Below are positions 50,669 through 61,318 of a DNA stretch of 64,000 nucleotides, one piece after another (positions within the stretch are counted from its first letter, which is position 1; every line of letters starts with the position of its first letter). This DNA is from an uncultured Acidobacteriota bacterium. Lineage in GTDB: Bacteria; Acidobacteriota; UBA6911. A program made the translations under genes and the position numbers. The notes beneath the pieces were generated by a model. It did no database searches and had not been told where the DNA came from. It saw only the letters and a list, made by a program, of their open reading frames with translations. The stretch covers positions 160,001 through 224,000 of the forward strand of contig CAWEJX010000008.1 in NCBI GenBank assembly GCA_963809485.1, written 5' to 3'.

Positions 50669-53633
50669 TCACCCCGTATGGATGCCCGCTCCCACGGCAG
50701 GACGATCGGCCCGTCGGCGCGCGCACGACGGGCAGAGCTCGCGGTCTAGAAGAGCCGCCATATGATCCGGCAGGCGCAGCCGGACGAAATCCCGGTGTGC
50801 AGGAGTCTGGGTCGGCGCTCCACATTCGCTGCAAACCAGCAGCGGCTGTTCGCGCACAACGGTTCCCGTGATAATCGTGCGCCGCACTCCATCCCGATCC
50901 TCAATTCGGATCGCGCCCGTCGGGCAGACCTGCGTGCAGGCGCCGCAGCCGATGCATAGCTCCGCAGGCCGCGTGAAGTCGAAGTAGGCAAGCCGGCCGG
51001 CCGGCGTGTCGGCCATGCGCAGCGCCTCGACCCCCATCTCGCTGCAGGCGGCCATACACAGGCCGCAGCCGATGCACAGGTCGCAGCGCAGGCAGCGGCG
51101 GGCCTCGTCATGAGCCATCGCGTCGGTCAGGCCCTCCTCGATCCGGACGTAGTTGCCCTCGCCGAGAACTTCTTCGACACTCCTCTCGGGCATCGCGGCA
51201 CGGCGCAGGCTGTGTGCGATGGCCGGCCGCGATGTCCAGGGGCGACACCTCGGCGCGGCGCACCGGCTTGCCGGTGGCGGCGTCCATAACCGACCCGCGC
51301 AGCCAGGCGTCGATGGAAGCCGCGGCGATCTTTCCGGAGCGGATAGCCTCAACGGCCGTCCGCGGGCCGTGCTCCACGTCGCCGCCGGCGAAGACGCCCG
51401 GGACCTTTGTCATCAGGGTCTTCCGGTCCGTGACAAGGAAGCCGCGGTTGGTCTCGACCCCGCTGCCTTCAACGATCGTCAAGTCCGTGCCCTGGCCGAC
51501 GGCGAGGAGCACGTGATCGGCCTCGAGCGTCAGCAGGCGTCTGGAGTCGAACTTCGGGTCGAAGCGGCCGCTCGCGTCCTTGACCTGCTCGCAGAGCTGG
51601 AAGACGACGGCGCCGTCCTCCCCGACGCTGACCGGGCCCCAGCCGGGATGCAGGTTTACCCCTTGCGCCACGGCGGTCTCTATCTCGCCCGGGCTGGCCG
51701 GCATCTCGCGGCGTTTCTCCAGGCAGACCATGTCCACATGCTTCGCGCCCTCCCGCAATGCCGTCAAGGCGACGTCGATGGCGACGTTGCCGCCGCCGAT
51801 GACCACGGCCCGCGGCCCGACCCGCACGGTTTCGCCGCTGCGCACGGCGCGCAGGAAGTCGATGCCGCCGAGCACGAAGGGTTGATGGACGCCTTCGATC
51901 GGGATGTGGCGTGAGCGCTGAATGCCGAGGCCGAGAAACACCGCGTCGTAGCCCTTGCGGAAAGCCTCGATGCTCTCCACCTTGGAGTTGGTGTGAATTT
52001 GAACTCCCAGCAGCCCGGATCTGGTCGAGTTCCTTCTCGAGCAGATCGGGCGGCATGCGGTACGCCGGGATGCCGTAGCGCAGCATACCGCCGGCCTTCT
52101 CCTGCGCCTCGAAGACTTCGACCTGGTGACCGAGGGTGCGCAGGAAATAGGCCGCCGTGAGACCGGCTGGGCCGGAGCCGATGATGCCGATCCGCTTGCC
52201 CGTATCGGGCGCCAGTTCGGGTTTTGGGTAGCCGTCCTCGGCGAGGCAGTGCTCGGCCGCCTTGGCCTTCATCGGCCGGATGAAGACGGCACCGTCGCTG
52301 CCGCCGCGCACGCAGGCTGATTCGCACGGCGCCGGGCAGACCAGGCCACAGGTCAGCGGCAGCGGATTATCCCGCCTGATGACCTCGATGGTGGAACGAT
52401 AATCCCCATGACCGAGGTGGGCCAGGAAACTCGGGATATCGATGTTAGCCGGACAGGTGCGGTGGCAGGGCGCCGGATTGAGCTCCAGGCAGAGCCCTTC
52501 CGGGCAGGACTCACGCCGGACATGACGTTCCCACTGCTCTCGGTAGTAGCGCAGCGAACTGCCGAGCGGCCAGGCGGCCGCCAGCCCTTGCGTGGCCATC
52601 TCGAGCGCCACGCCGTCGAGTGCGGCCAGGTGGGACTGCTTCACCTCGGCCGAGGGTGATCTCGGCCACGAGACGCGCGCCGCGCGCCAGCAAACCGCGC
52701 ACCGGCGCCTCTTCGCCTTCGGCCAGCTGCCAGTGGCGATAGAGTGCGCGCCGGGTCTGTTTGACGACGCACACGCCCTCGGCCATCACCATAAGGCTGG
52801 ATGGCACAGGGACGATGCCCATGGATGCAAATGAGTGTGGCTCGCATGAAACGTTCGTCCTGGAGAACGGCAGGAAGCCACCCAGACCGTCGTCGAAAAC
52901 GAGCACGGCGTCCTGGCCTTCCACTTCGACGCCGCCCCCCCAGTTGCTCGATCTGGCTTCGCAGATTCCCGGAACGCCCAAGCTCGACCAGGCCGCGCTG
53001 CTTCATGCCGCGCCGGAGCGTCAGCAGCGACCCATCGAGGTCCGCCGCGCCAGCGAACAAAAGGGCAATCCGGCACCAGGTTTCCGGCGTGTGGATCAGC
53101 CGTGACCGGTCGGCGGCATTTGCTTCCGCCCAGCAACTGCGCCGGCAATTGCGCTGTACCTCCACCTGCATACGGGGAGTGGTGATTTGGGCGAGCGAAC
53201 GGATGGCATCGACCGTATTTAGGAAGGCGGCTTCCCGGCCGGTCAGCTCCGCCGGCAGAAGCAGCTCGACCTTGCGGCTGTCGCGCAGCCCGGCAGCGAT
53301 CAGGACGCCCTCGGCCAGCTGCCAGGGAGCTCCATCGAGAACGGCGGCCGTGCCGCGTTCCTGCGCGTCGAAAGTGGTCGCGTCGATCACCAGCACCGAC
53401 GGCCCGTGGCCGCGCAGGAATTGCCGCCAGGCAATATGGATCGGTTCACCCGCGGCGCCACATTCGGCCATGCCGGATTCCCGCAGTCGCTGCAACCGCT
53501 GCAGGGGCGCCAACGCCCGGGCCAGGGCCAAACCGGGCAGAGCGCTGTCAAGAGTCGGCGCCGGCGGGACGTCACCCGCAAGGGCAGCCCCCCCCGCATC
53601 GAGCCAGGCCGGCAGCATCTGGAGTTCGCTCAT
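50669..53633 (-). CDS. Multidomain flavoprotein: degenerate NuoF-like N-terminus, GltD-like NAD(P)H oxidoreductase and 4Fe-4S ferredoxin domains (frameshifted)
   Basis: APCHRTCPANIDIP, CGLVCPAPCESAC, IIGSGPAGL, GGMLRYGIP, IGGGNVAIDVA, VFAGGD, RCLRCDLCIGCGLC and CIGCGACTQVCP across four ORF pieces. Confidence 0.85.
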
Positions 53634-54157
53634 GCCCCCTCCTTAGCGACACCCGGAGGCTCGGCGATGAGATAACGGGCGTAACGCTCGCGACGCGGGT
53701 CCGGCGCGTCGGTGGCGAGACCAAAGGATAGGCAACCGGTCACGCACTTGGTGACGCAGGCCGGCTGGAGCCCGCCATCGAGCCGATCCATGCAATAGTC
53801 GCACTTGATCACTTTTTGGGTTGCCGGATTCCACTGGGGCGTGCCCCAGGGGCACGCAGCCATGCAGCTCTTGCAGCCGACACACACACTGGACTGGACG
53901 AAGACGATGCTGTCCTTCTCGCGCCGCTGCATGGCGCCGGTCGGGCAGGCTTTCATGCACCACGCCTCCTCGCAGTGGAAGCAGGGCATGAAGACGAAAC
54001 GCATGCGCGGATGCCCGTCGACATTAAGCGGGCCGAAGGTGACGATTTTGCACGGGGCCGGGCCGGCGCCGAGATCCTTGTTGGACTTGCAGTGAACCTC
54101 GCAAGCCTGGCAGGCGATGCAGTTGGCCTCATCGTGGCGCAGGATGTAATTGCTCAT
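53630..54157 (-). CDS. Four-cluster Fe-S electron-transfer subunit (PsrB/DmsB family)
   Basis: CIACQACEVHC, CFHCEEAWCMKACP, CVGCKSCMAACP and KCDYC...PACVTKC; ATGA overlaps on both sides. Confidence 0.93.
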   Translation of the reverse strand: MSNYILRHDEANCIACQACEVHCKSNKDLGAGPAPCKIVTFGPLNVDGHPRMRFVFMPCFHCEEAWCMKACPTGAMQRREKDSIVFVQSSVCVGCKSCMAACPWGTPQWNPATQKVIKCDYCMDRLDGGLQPACVTKCVTGCLSFGLATDAPDPRRERYARYLIAEPPGVAKEGA

Positions 54158-56310
54158 TGTTGCCCTCCCCCCGTCTGCGCGGGCTTGATTCGGACGATGG
54201 TCTCGGTCAGGGCACAACCGCCGCCGGCCGGGTCGAATTCGTAGAGCTTGCCGTGCTGAAGGCGCTGGTCGGCGACACCGACGCCGTGGGCGCGTGTGGC
54301 GAGCGGCACGGTGGCGCCATAGCCGTGAAGCATGAAGACCGCCTCGGGATGGATCCACGGCGTCACCCTGGCCTTGATGCGGCCGGAATAGCTTCCGCCG
54401 CCGTTGATCTCCACCTCATCGCCGTCGGCTATGCCGAGCGGCCTGGCACGGTCGGGGTGAACCCACAGTTCCTGTTTCGGCGCGATCTCATTCAGGATCG
54501 GATTGTTGAGGGACTGGCCGTGCGCCAGCGTCGCCGGGCGTCCGAACAGCAGGTGGAAGCGGTCGCCTGTCGGCGCCGCTTTTGGCTCGTAGGGCGGCAG
54601 GCTGGGCAACCCGGCCTTCTTCAGCACCTCGCTCTCGATCTCGATCTTGCCGGAGGGCGTTGGGAATCTGAGCTTCTCGCGCGGCGTCAGCGTCGCCGCG
54701 TCGGCCAGGCTGACGATCCCCGCCTCGCGCATCTCGGCGACCGTGACGCCGGTGCCCTCGAGCTGGTAGTTCCAGAGCTCCTCGATCGTTTCAAAGTCCA
54801 GGGCCTGCTTGATGCCCATGCGGCGCAGGATCTCGCGGAAGATCCACCAGGCCGGGCGGCTGTCGAAGCGCGGCGCGATTGCCTGGTCGCGCATGGCAAA
54901 GACCGGAATCGGGCCGTTCATCTGGCACAGGATGTTGGCGCGCTCAAGGTAGGACGACTCGGGGAGTATGACGTCAGAGAACCAGCCGGTCTCCGAGTAG
55001 CGGACGTCGATGGAGACGAGCAGCTTCAGTTTGTCCAGCGCACGTTGCATTGCCTCCGGATCGGGCATGCTGGTGAGCGGATCGTGGCGGTAGGCGAAGT
55101 AGGCGCCGATCCCGTACGGCTGCGCCGTCTCCATGGCGGCGAACAGTTGATGCAGCATGCCGATGGCCGGATCCCACTGCGGTCTGTCGGTGCCGGCGCC
55201 GTCCACCCGCGGTTCCCCAACCTTGGGCACACGGCCGGTCAGCGGCTTCAAGCCCTTGCGGCCGTAGTATTCCGGTGACTTCCCCAGCGCGCAACCGCCC
55301 GGGATTTCGATGTTGCCCATCAGCGCATTCAGGATCAGCGCCGTGCGGCTGACATAGAATGACTGCTTGTGTCGCGCCGTCATCCAGCCCGGATGGAAGA
55401 TCACGTGCGGCGCGTCGGCGGCGATCTCCTTGACGAAAGCGCGAATCTGCCCGGCGGGAAGGCCGGTGTGGCTCTCCTGCCATTCCGGCGTCGTGTCTCT
55501 GACTGCCTTACGCAGGTAGTCCATGCCGGAAACGAAGCCGGCGACGAAGTCTTTGTCATAGGCTTCCTGCTTCAGGACTTCGTGGATGATGGCAAGGTTC
55601 AGCGCATAATCGCTGTTCGGGCGCACTTGCCAGTAACGGGTGGCCTTGCATGCGGTGATGCTGGCGCGCGGATCGATGTAGGTGCAGCGCATCCCGTTTG
55701 CCATCGCACCCATGAACGCCTTGGCCTCCTTCACCATGAGCGATTCGACGATGTTGCGGCCATAAAGCACGAGGTGTTTTGTGTTCTTCAGATCGAGGAT
55801 TAGTCCGGCGTGGCTGAAACCGTAGATCGTGCGCGCGGCGTTGTGGACGTTGCCGCCGCAGGTGGCGTCGTGGTTGAAGTAGTTCGGAGAGCCGAGCGCC
55901 TGCACAAAGGTCCGGGTCAGGTCGGTGAAGAAGCCGCCGCGATCGGAAAGCGCGATGCCGCGCCCGCCGAAGGAGTCGATTGTCTCGTGCAGCTTGTCGG
56001 CGACGTAATCCAGGGCCTCGTCCCAGGACGCCCGCCGCCAACGGCCTCCGCCACGCGGGCCCATGCGGATCAGCGGCGTCTGCGGCCGCTGGTCGTCGCC
56101 GTACTGGAACGACAGGCCGGCCGAACCCTTCGCGCACAGGCTGGCGCCGATCGCCTGGTCGTGCGGATTTCCCTGCAGCCAGACAACCCGGCCGTCCTCA
56201 ACCGTCACCTCGATGGGGCAGCGCACCGCGCACATGCCGCACATGCTGTAGACCGTTCGCCGGCCCGGGACGCCCACGCCGCGCACGTTTGGTGCCATGA
56301 CAGAACTCAT
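54154..56310 (-). CDS. Molybdopterin (bis-MGD) oxidoreductase catalytic subunit, PsrA/PhsA-like, no Tat signal
   Basis: Fe-S motif CGMCAVRC...LCAKG, WDEALD, likely Mo-ligand Cys in HDATCGG, IDPR, SDVILPESSYLER, and a C-terminal MGD-binding domain. Confidence 0.9.
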   Translation of the reverse strand: MSSVMAPNVRGVGVPGRRTVYSMCGMCAVRCPIEVTVEDGRVVWLQGNPHDQAIGASLCAKGSAGLSFQYGDDQRPQTPLIRMGPRGGGRWRRASWDEALDYVADKLHETIDSFGGRGIALSDRGGFFTDLTRTFVQALGSPNYFNHDATCGGNVHNAARTIYGFSHAGLILDLKNTKHLVLYGRNIVESLMVKEAKAFMGAMANGMRCTYIDPRASITACKATRYWQVRPNSDYALNLAIIHEVLKQEAYDKDFVAGFVSGMDYLRKAVRDTTPEWQESHTGLPAGQIRAFVKEIAADAPHVIFHPGWMTARHKQSFYVSRTALILNALMGNIEIPGGCALGKSPEYYGRKGLKPLTGRVPKVGEPRVDGAGTDRPQWDPAIGMLHQLFAAMETAQPYGIGAYFAYRHDPLTSMPDPEAMQRALDKLKLLVSIDVRYSETGWFSDVILPESSYLERANILCQMNGPIPVFAMRDQAIAPRFDSRPAWWIFREILRRMGIKQALDFETIEELWNYQLEGTGVTVAEMREAGIVSLADAATLTPREKLRFPTPSGKIEIESEVLKKAGLPSLPPYEPKAAPTGDRFHLLFGRPATLAHGQSLNNPILNEIAPKQELWVHPDRARPLGIADGDEVEINGGGSYSGRIKARVTPWIHPEAVFMLHGYGATVPLATRAHGVGVADQRLQHGKLYEFDPAGGGCALTETIVRIKPAQTGGGQQ

Positions 56311-56347
56311 TACAATCTCCTTCCCTCCGATCGCTCAGCCCCAACGA

Positions 56348-57398
56348 TTACACCTCGGAAAACTGAATGACGACCTTGATATCATCGGGCTCTCGCGCCA
56401 ACGCCTGCTCGAAATTCTCCGGTTTTTCACGCCGTGTAATGAGGCCCTTCAGCCACGTTCGATCCGCGTGGGCCAGGGCTTCACCGGCCTTGTACCAGTG
56501 CCGCTTGTTGGCATTCACACTGCCGACCAGCACCAGGTTTCTCAGGACTATTGCTGCCGAGGCGTCTGCTACGGACATTCGGCTGGTAATACCGCCGCTT
56601 CCAACCCCCGTGAGGCAGAGGACCCCGCCCGCTCTGAGCTTCTGCATCGAATCGCCGATCACCGCTCCGACACCGGTACACTCGATGATGACTTCCGGCT
56701 CGAATCCGAGATCAGTAGCCCTCCCGGAGTGATACGTCGCACCGAGCGCTCTTCACCAGATCCGGCTTGGGACCCGAAGTGACGCGGTCCAGCACGTGGA
56801 CGTCCAATCCGCGCTGCACACCCAGGAGGGCGGCGAGAAGGCCGATCGGCCCGGCACCGGTCACCAGCACGCTCCGCGGTTCCCAGAACGAGCGCTGGCC
56901 AACCGCCATCACCATCTCCCAGGCTTTGGTCACGACTGTCGTCGGCTCGAGCAGCACGCCCAGGATTCCCAGTGTGGAATCCACTTTGATCGTGTATTCG
57001 GGCTCAATCCGCCATCGCTCCGACATGTACCCGTCAATCTGTTTGATGCCGCGTTCGGTATACTGACCGTTGTGGCACATGTCCCACTCCCCCACCGCAC
57101 AGCTGGAACACGGAACCGGGTCAGGGCGGCGAACGATGCCGACGACGAGATCGCCCGGCCTCAAACCCTTGACCGGACCCGGGTCGATCACTCGGCCGAG
57201 AGATTCGTGCCCCAACACGAGCCGTGATTTGCCCTCGGGCGCCCAGCCGTATTTGCCTTCGACAATTTCGACGTCGGTTCCACACACCCCGACGGCGATA
57301 GCCTCCACGAGCACCGAGCCGTTCTGCGGATCCGGTTCCGGGATATCTTCCCACCGTGCGGTTCCCGGTTTCTTTGGTTCTACAGTGATGGCTTTCAT
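56348..57398 (-). CDS. Zn-dependent glucose 1-dehydrogenase (MDR family; frameshifted)
   Basis: GVCGTD, LGHE, CSSC...C and GAGPIG; C-terminal [12 protein letters not shown] is in a second frame. Confidence 0.88.
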
Positions 57399-57658
57399 TT
57401 GAGTTCCTCCTTCGGTTGACTCAGTAAAGCGACGAATAGAGAGGTGTCGTCATCGGATATGCCCGCCAGCCCATCTTCGCCCCAGCGATATGCCCGCGAG
57501 CGGGCGTGGTCATGCGTGAAGTAATTCCAGGCATCTCCGCTTTCGCTGTAGTCTTCGCGTACGGTTCCCCATTGCCGCTCGCTCAGGTAGGGCCCCCATT
57601 TTTTCCAGGGAGCTAGTTTCGTCCGGGCTTCTTCAAGTCTTGTCGCTTCAGCGTTCAT
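57395..57658 (-). pseudogene. N-terminal fragment of a GH63/MGH1-like glycoside hydrolase
   Basis: [21 protein letters not shown]...[21 protein letters not shown] is the conserved start of these long proteins, but this ORF ends after about 87 aa. Confidence 0.85.
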
Positions 57659-57689
57659 AAAGAGTTCCTCTAAAAAGCGGGGGGAATCC

Positions 57690-57710
57690 GGGGACACTGG
57701 TGACTGTCCC
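57690..57710. repeat. REP-like palindrome (reverse copy of GGGGACAGTCACCAGTGTCCC)
   Basis: GGGGACACTGGTGACTGTCCC. Confidence 0.7.
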
Positions 57711-57719
57711 TTTCCATAC

Positions 57720-58864
57720 CTACTTCGTTGATGCCCGATTCTGCAGACGCATCTCTTCCCATTCCACCATGCTGGAAGGAACGTGGAACCATTCTTCTTC
57801 CGATACGGGCACCATCACGATCGCCTCGGTTGCGCATCCAATCACGCACACGCCGCAACCGATGCACTTGGCTCGTTCTACCTTCGCCTTGCCATTCTCA
57901 TCCTCAGCGATGGCGTCCACCGGGCAACGCTCGATGCAGGCGCCGCAGGCAATGCACTCTTCCGGATCGATGACGGCGCGGTAGTTCGATCTCTGCGGCC
58001 CTTCCGCCAGACCGGCGAGCTGTCTTGGCCGTGTAAATATCCCACAGCAGCAGGCGCAGCAGTTGCACGTGCCGACGAACTGAGGCGTCTCCGCGCACAT
58101 GGTGAAGCCATAGAACGCGAGGTGGACGTGCCCCATCTGCTCGAGCTTACCAAGGAGCTTCGACGCCTCCTCCCGGCCAATGACGGTTTCGCCGAGCGGG
58201 GTCTGAGGCGGCAGCCCGACGAATCCGCAACGCTTCATGGGCAGATTGCAGCTGTAGTCCGTGCAGTAACTCCCTCTCCCTTTTGCACACGCAGGGAATC
58301 ACGAGAAAACGCTCGTGCCGTTTGAAGTGGGCGTCGATGTCAAGGTGGGGTTCGCGCTGCGATATACTCGGGCTTGAGTGATCCTCGCACCGGAACGACG
58401 CCCAGCAACCCGGGCCGCGGGCGAAAGGATCCGCTCGCCGCCGCCCTCGATCACGTATTGCTCGAAGAGCTCGGCGAACTCCTTGTCCAGCAGCCGCATG
58501 TTGGCTTCATACCAGCCGACCATGAACGGGCCCAGCCGGTACCTCTTCTCGCCTTCGACCTCAGGCTTCAGACCGGGTGCCGCCATGCCGGGAGAGTCGA
58601 GGCGAACCAGACGCCGCGGTATCAGGCTCTCGAGCGTCGCCGTGACCTCGCCGACATCGCGGCCCACCCGTTTCGCAATCTCGGCACGCGGTTTCGGGAA
58701 AGCGGGTCAATTGGCCGGCCAGCCAGACCTCCTCTGGTGTGAACGACTTCTTGATAAGGTTTATTTCCACCCCGGAGGGCGTCCGGGGAAAGCCATGCGG
58801 GAGCGCCTCCAGCGCAGCCGCCAGTCGTTCGTAAATGTCTTCTGGATTTGTCAGAATTGCTCAT
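57720..58864 (-). CDS. HTH plus Cys-rich 4Fe-4S binding protein (frameshifted)
   Basis: FTPEE and [13 protein letters not shown] at the N-terminus, then [13 protein letters not shown], and the ferredoxin motifs [12 protein letters not shown] and [11 protein letters not shown]. Confidence 0.8.
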
Positions 58865-58913
58865 TGATAATCTCCTTTTTGCAGCTGCTTGGCCTGCCTT
58901 AAAAGGCGAACGG

Positions 58914-58975
58914 CAAAGACCTCAAAGATCGCCAAGCACAAGGTTCTTTGCGGTCTTGGCGATCTCTGCGGTTTA
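58914..58975. repeat. Imperfect intergenic inverted repeat
   Basis: AAAGACCTCAAAGATCGCCAAG...CTTTGCGGTCTTGGCGATCTCTGCGG. Confidence 0.4.
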
Positions 58976-59034
58976 TATTTCCACTGGCCGGTTTCCATCC
59001 GACATACTCTTGGACAACCGGCTGAACATGTACC

Positions 59035-60012
59035 TCATTTCAAACCCGGGGCTGTTTGGCCACCGCGGCCAAAAGCTTCGTCGATGATGGATTGCAGGTA
59101 CTGGACCAGTTCATCGGACGGTGTTTTATAATCGTCCAGTTCGTACACAACACCCAGGTGTTCGTACTTGCCCAGGCCAAAGCGGTGATACGGTAACAGC
59201 TCATAATCAATCACGTTCTTGTGCGGGCGAATGAACGCCAGGACCGCCCGGATGTGCTCTTCGTCGGCATTGATGCCGGGAATCAGCGGCGTGCGCGCGA
59301 TAAAGTCGATGTCCGGGAACGTCTCGTACGCTCGCTTGAAGTTCGCCAGGATCCGCTCGTTGCTCACACCGGTCCACTTCTTGTGCCGCTCCGGGATCGA
59401 GAGCTTATGATCGTGAAGCATCGTATCCACATGAGGCAATACCTTTTCCACGAAAGCCCAGGGCACATTGCACGCCGTTTCGATGGCTGTATTGAAGCCG
59501 CGCTCGTGGGCTTCCTCGAGCAGCGCGGCGCTGAAATCCGGCTGCAGCAAGCACTCGCCGCCGCTCAGGGTAATGCCGCCGCCGGTCGAGCGATAGAAGG
59601 AGGCGTCCTTTTCCACCTCGTCCAGCACCTCGTTTAAGGTCATCTTCTTGCCGTACATGGAGAGCGCTTTCGGCGGGCAGAGAGAAACTAACGCCTCGTC
59701 GCAGTCGCCGGCCAGGTCCCAGTTGACGCGGACCTTGTCATCGTCGGCGCCCTCCACTACGAAGAACGCCCCTTCCGGGAAGGGAGGCTTGAGGCACACG
59801 CCGCATGCCTTCTTTCCGGTGCACAACTTGGGGTCGTAGGCCAATTCCGATTTGAAGCGGATGCTTTCGGGATTGCCGCACCATTTGCAGCGCAGCGAGC
59901 AGCCTTTGAGGAAAACCGTTGTACGGATGCCAGGACCGTCGTGGCTGCAATAGCGCTGGATATTCAAAACGATTCCGCTTGGGGCGGATGTGTCGGCTGA
60001 CTGGTTCTTCAT
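59035..60012 (-). CDS. Glycyl-radical enzyme activating enzyme (radical SAM) with a reduced ferredoxin insert
   Basis: HDGPGIRTTVFLKGCSLRCKWCGNPES, GGITLSGGE and ELLPYH; ATGA overlap with the PFK-like gene. Confidence 0.95.
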   Translation of the reverse strand: MKNQSADTSAPSGIVLNIQRYCSHDGPGIRTTVFLKGCSLRCKWCGNPESIRFKSELAYDPKLCTGKKACGVCLKPPFPEGAFFVVEGADDDKVRVNWDLAGDCDEALVSLCPPKALSMYGKKMTLNEVLDEVEKDASFYRSTGGGITLSGGECLLQPDFSAALLEEAHERGFNTAIETACNVPWAFVEKVLPHVDTMLHDHKLSIPERHKKWTGVSNERILANFKRAYETFPDIDFIARTPLIPGINADEEHIRAVLAFIRPHKNVIDYELLPYHRFGLGKYEHLGVVYELDDYKTPSDELVQYLQSIIDEAFGRGGQTAPGLK

Positions 60013-61184
60013 AGTTCCCTCCCCAGGCAAATGCCAAGTGACCGCGCGATCTGCATGAATTCGCTGTTCGCGGGCACAGTTCTGACTTTGTTGATCGCTT
60101 CCGCCAGCGGCACGAAGGTGATGTCCGGCGGGACGAATGCCATCATCACGCCATATTTGCCGGCTTGAATTGCACGTATGGCGCCGGCCCCGTAACCCAA
60201 TCCCAGTTGACGATCAACCGCAGAGGGGGTGCCGCCCCGAACCCAGGGGCCCAGGACCATTGGAAAAGTCTCCTCGGCGATCAGCAACTGCAGCCTGGTC
60301 GCCACAGACTCGGCTGCCTGACCGGATTTCTGGATGACAAATTCACTCGCATCACCGGTTGCCAGCGGAGACAGAGATGCTTTGAACGTGGATTCTTTTG
60401 CCTGTGGTTGCGGACCGTCCGTAAATCTTGCTCCTTCGGCCACCACCACCAGCCCGTAAGGCCGCCGGGGGCTAACCTTGTCCTTCAACCTCGCAGCTAT
60501 CACCCGCAGATCGCAGGGGATCTCCGGGATCAGGACCGCATCGGCACACACGGCGATGCCGGCCTGAAGAGCCAGCCAGCCGGCCTGCGCGCCCAGGACC
60601 TCGACCACGCCAATCTTCCGGGCTGACTGGGCAGCCTGGCGGGCCTTGTCGAGCATTTCAATGGTGAAGCTGAGGGCGCTGTTGAACCCGAAGGAGACCG
60701 CGGTGGCGGCGATGTCGTTCTCGATCGTGCGGGGGATACAGACAGCATTGAGCCCTTTGCGGTGGAGTCTATGGAAAATGCTCATCCCCCGGCCGCCAAC
60801 AACCGCAATCAGGCCATCAATTCGTTCCGCCTGTAGTCTTTTCAGAAGTTCATCGGACATGTCCACTTCCTCGACCATGCCGTCTTCATTCACCGTGCGC
60901 ACATGAAACGGGTCCACCCGGGCCGATTGGCCGAGGATCCCCCCGGCGGCCGGATCCAGGTTCTCGGCCAACTGGGGACTGAGTGGCACCAACCCGCCAT
61001 CGGGGTATCGATCGGGGTGAAGCAACCCGTCAAACCCATCCCGGATGCCGAGTATCTCCCATCCCAGTCTTCCTGCCGCCAGAGCCGCACCCTTGACCAC
61101 GGAATTCATCCCTGGAACGTAGCCGGCCCCTACCACAATGGCAATGCGTCTAAGAAAACCGGCATGACCTACTTCAATACTCAT
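60009..61184 (-). CDS. Phosphofructokinase-fold protein with substituted catalytic motifs
   Basis: The PfkA scaffold is present (PGMN, GIRDGFDGL, SFGFNSA, ADAVLIPE, VVVAEG, RGGTPSAVDR), but GGD, GGDG, TIDND, MGR and GHxQR are all altered. Confidence 0.85.
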   Translation of the reverse strand: MSIEVGHAGFLRRIAIVVGAGYVPGMNSVVKGAALAAGRLGWEILGIRDGFDGLLHPDRYPDGGLVPLSPQLAENLDPAAGGILGQSARVDPFHVRTVNEDGMVEEVDMSDELLKRLQAERIDGLIAVVGGRGMSIFHRLHRKGLNAVCIPRTIENDIAATAVSFGFNSALSFTIEMLDKARQAAQSARKIGVVEVLGAQAGWLALQAGIAVCADAVLIPEIPCDLRVIAARLKDKVSPRRPYGLVVVAEGARFTDGPQPQAKESTFKASLSPLATGDASEFVIQKSGQAAESVATRLQLLIAEETFPMVLGPWVRGGTPSAVDRQLGLGYGAGAIRAIQAGKYGVMMAFVPPDITFVPLAEAINKVRTVPANSEFMQIARSLGICLGREL

Positions 61185-61266
61185 GACGTACCTCCTCTAT
61201 TAAAGCGTCGCGTGTCAGACTTCATAGCGTTCCATCTTCCTGCCTCGTGATGCGGGCAAGGAGCGG

Positions 61267-61300
61267 CCGGTGCGGCGTGGCGGAGCGCCACGCGCACCGG
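61267..61300. terminator. GC-rich stem-loop just after the GRE stop codon
   Basis: CCGGTGCG(G)CGTGGCG-GAG-CGCCACGCGCACCGG; no poly-U tail, so possibly an mRNA-stabilising or partial terminator. Confidence 0.4.
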
Positions 61301-61318
61301 CGCCACCTTTCCTCAGCA

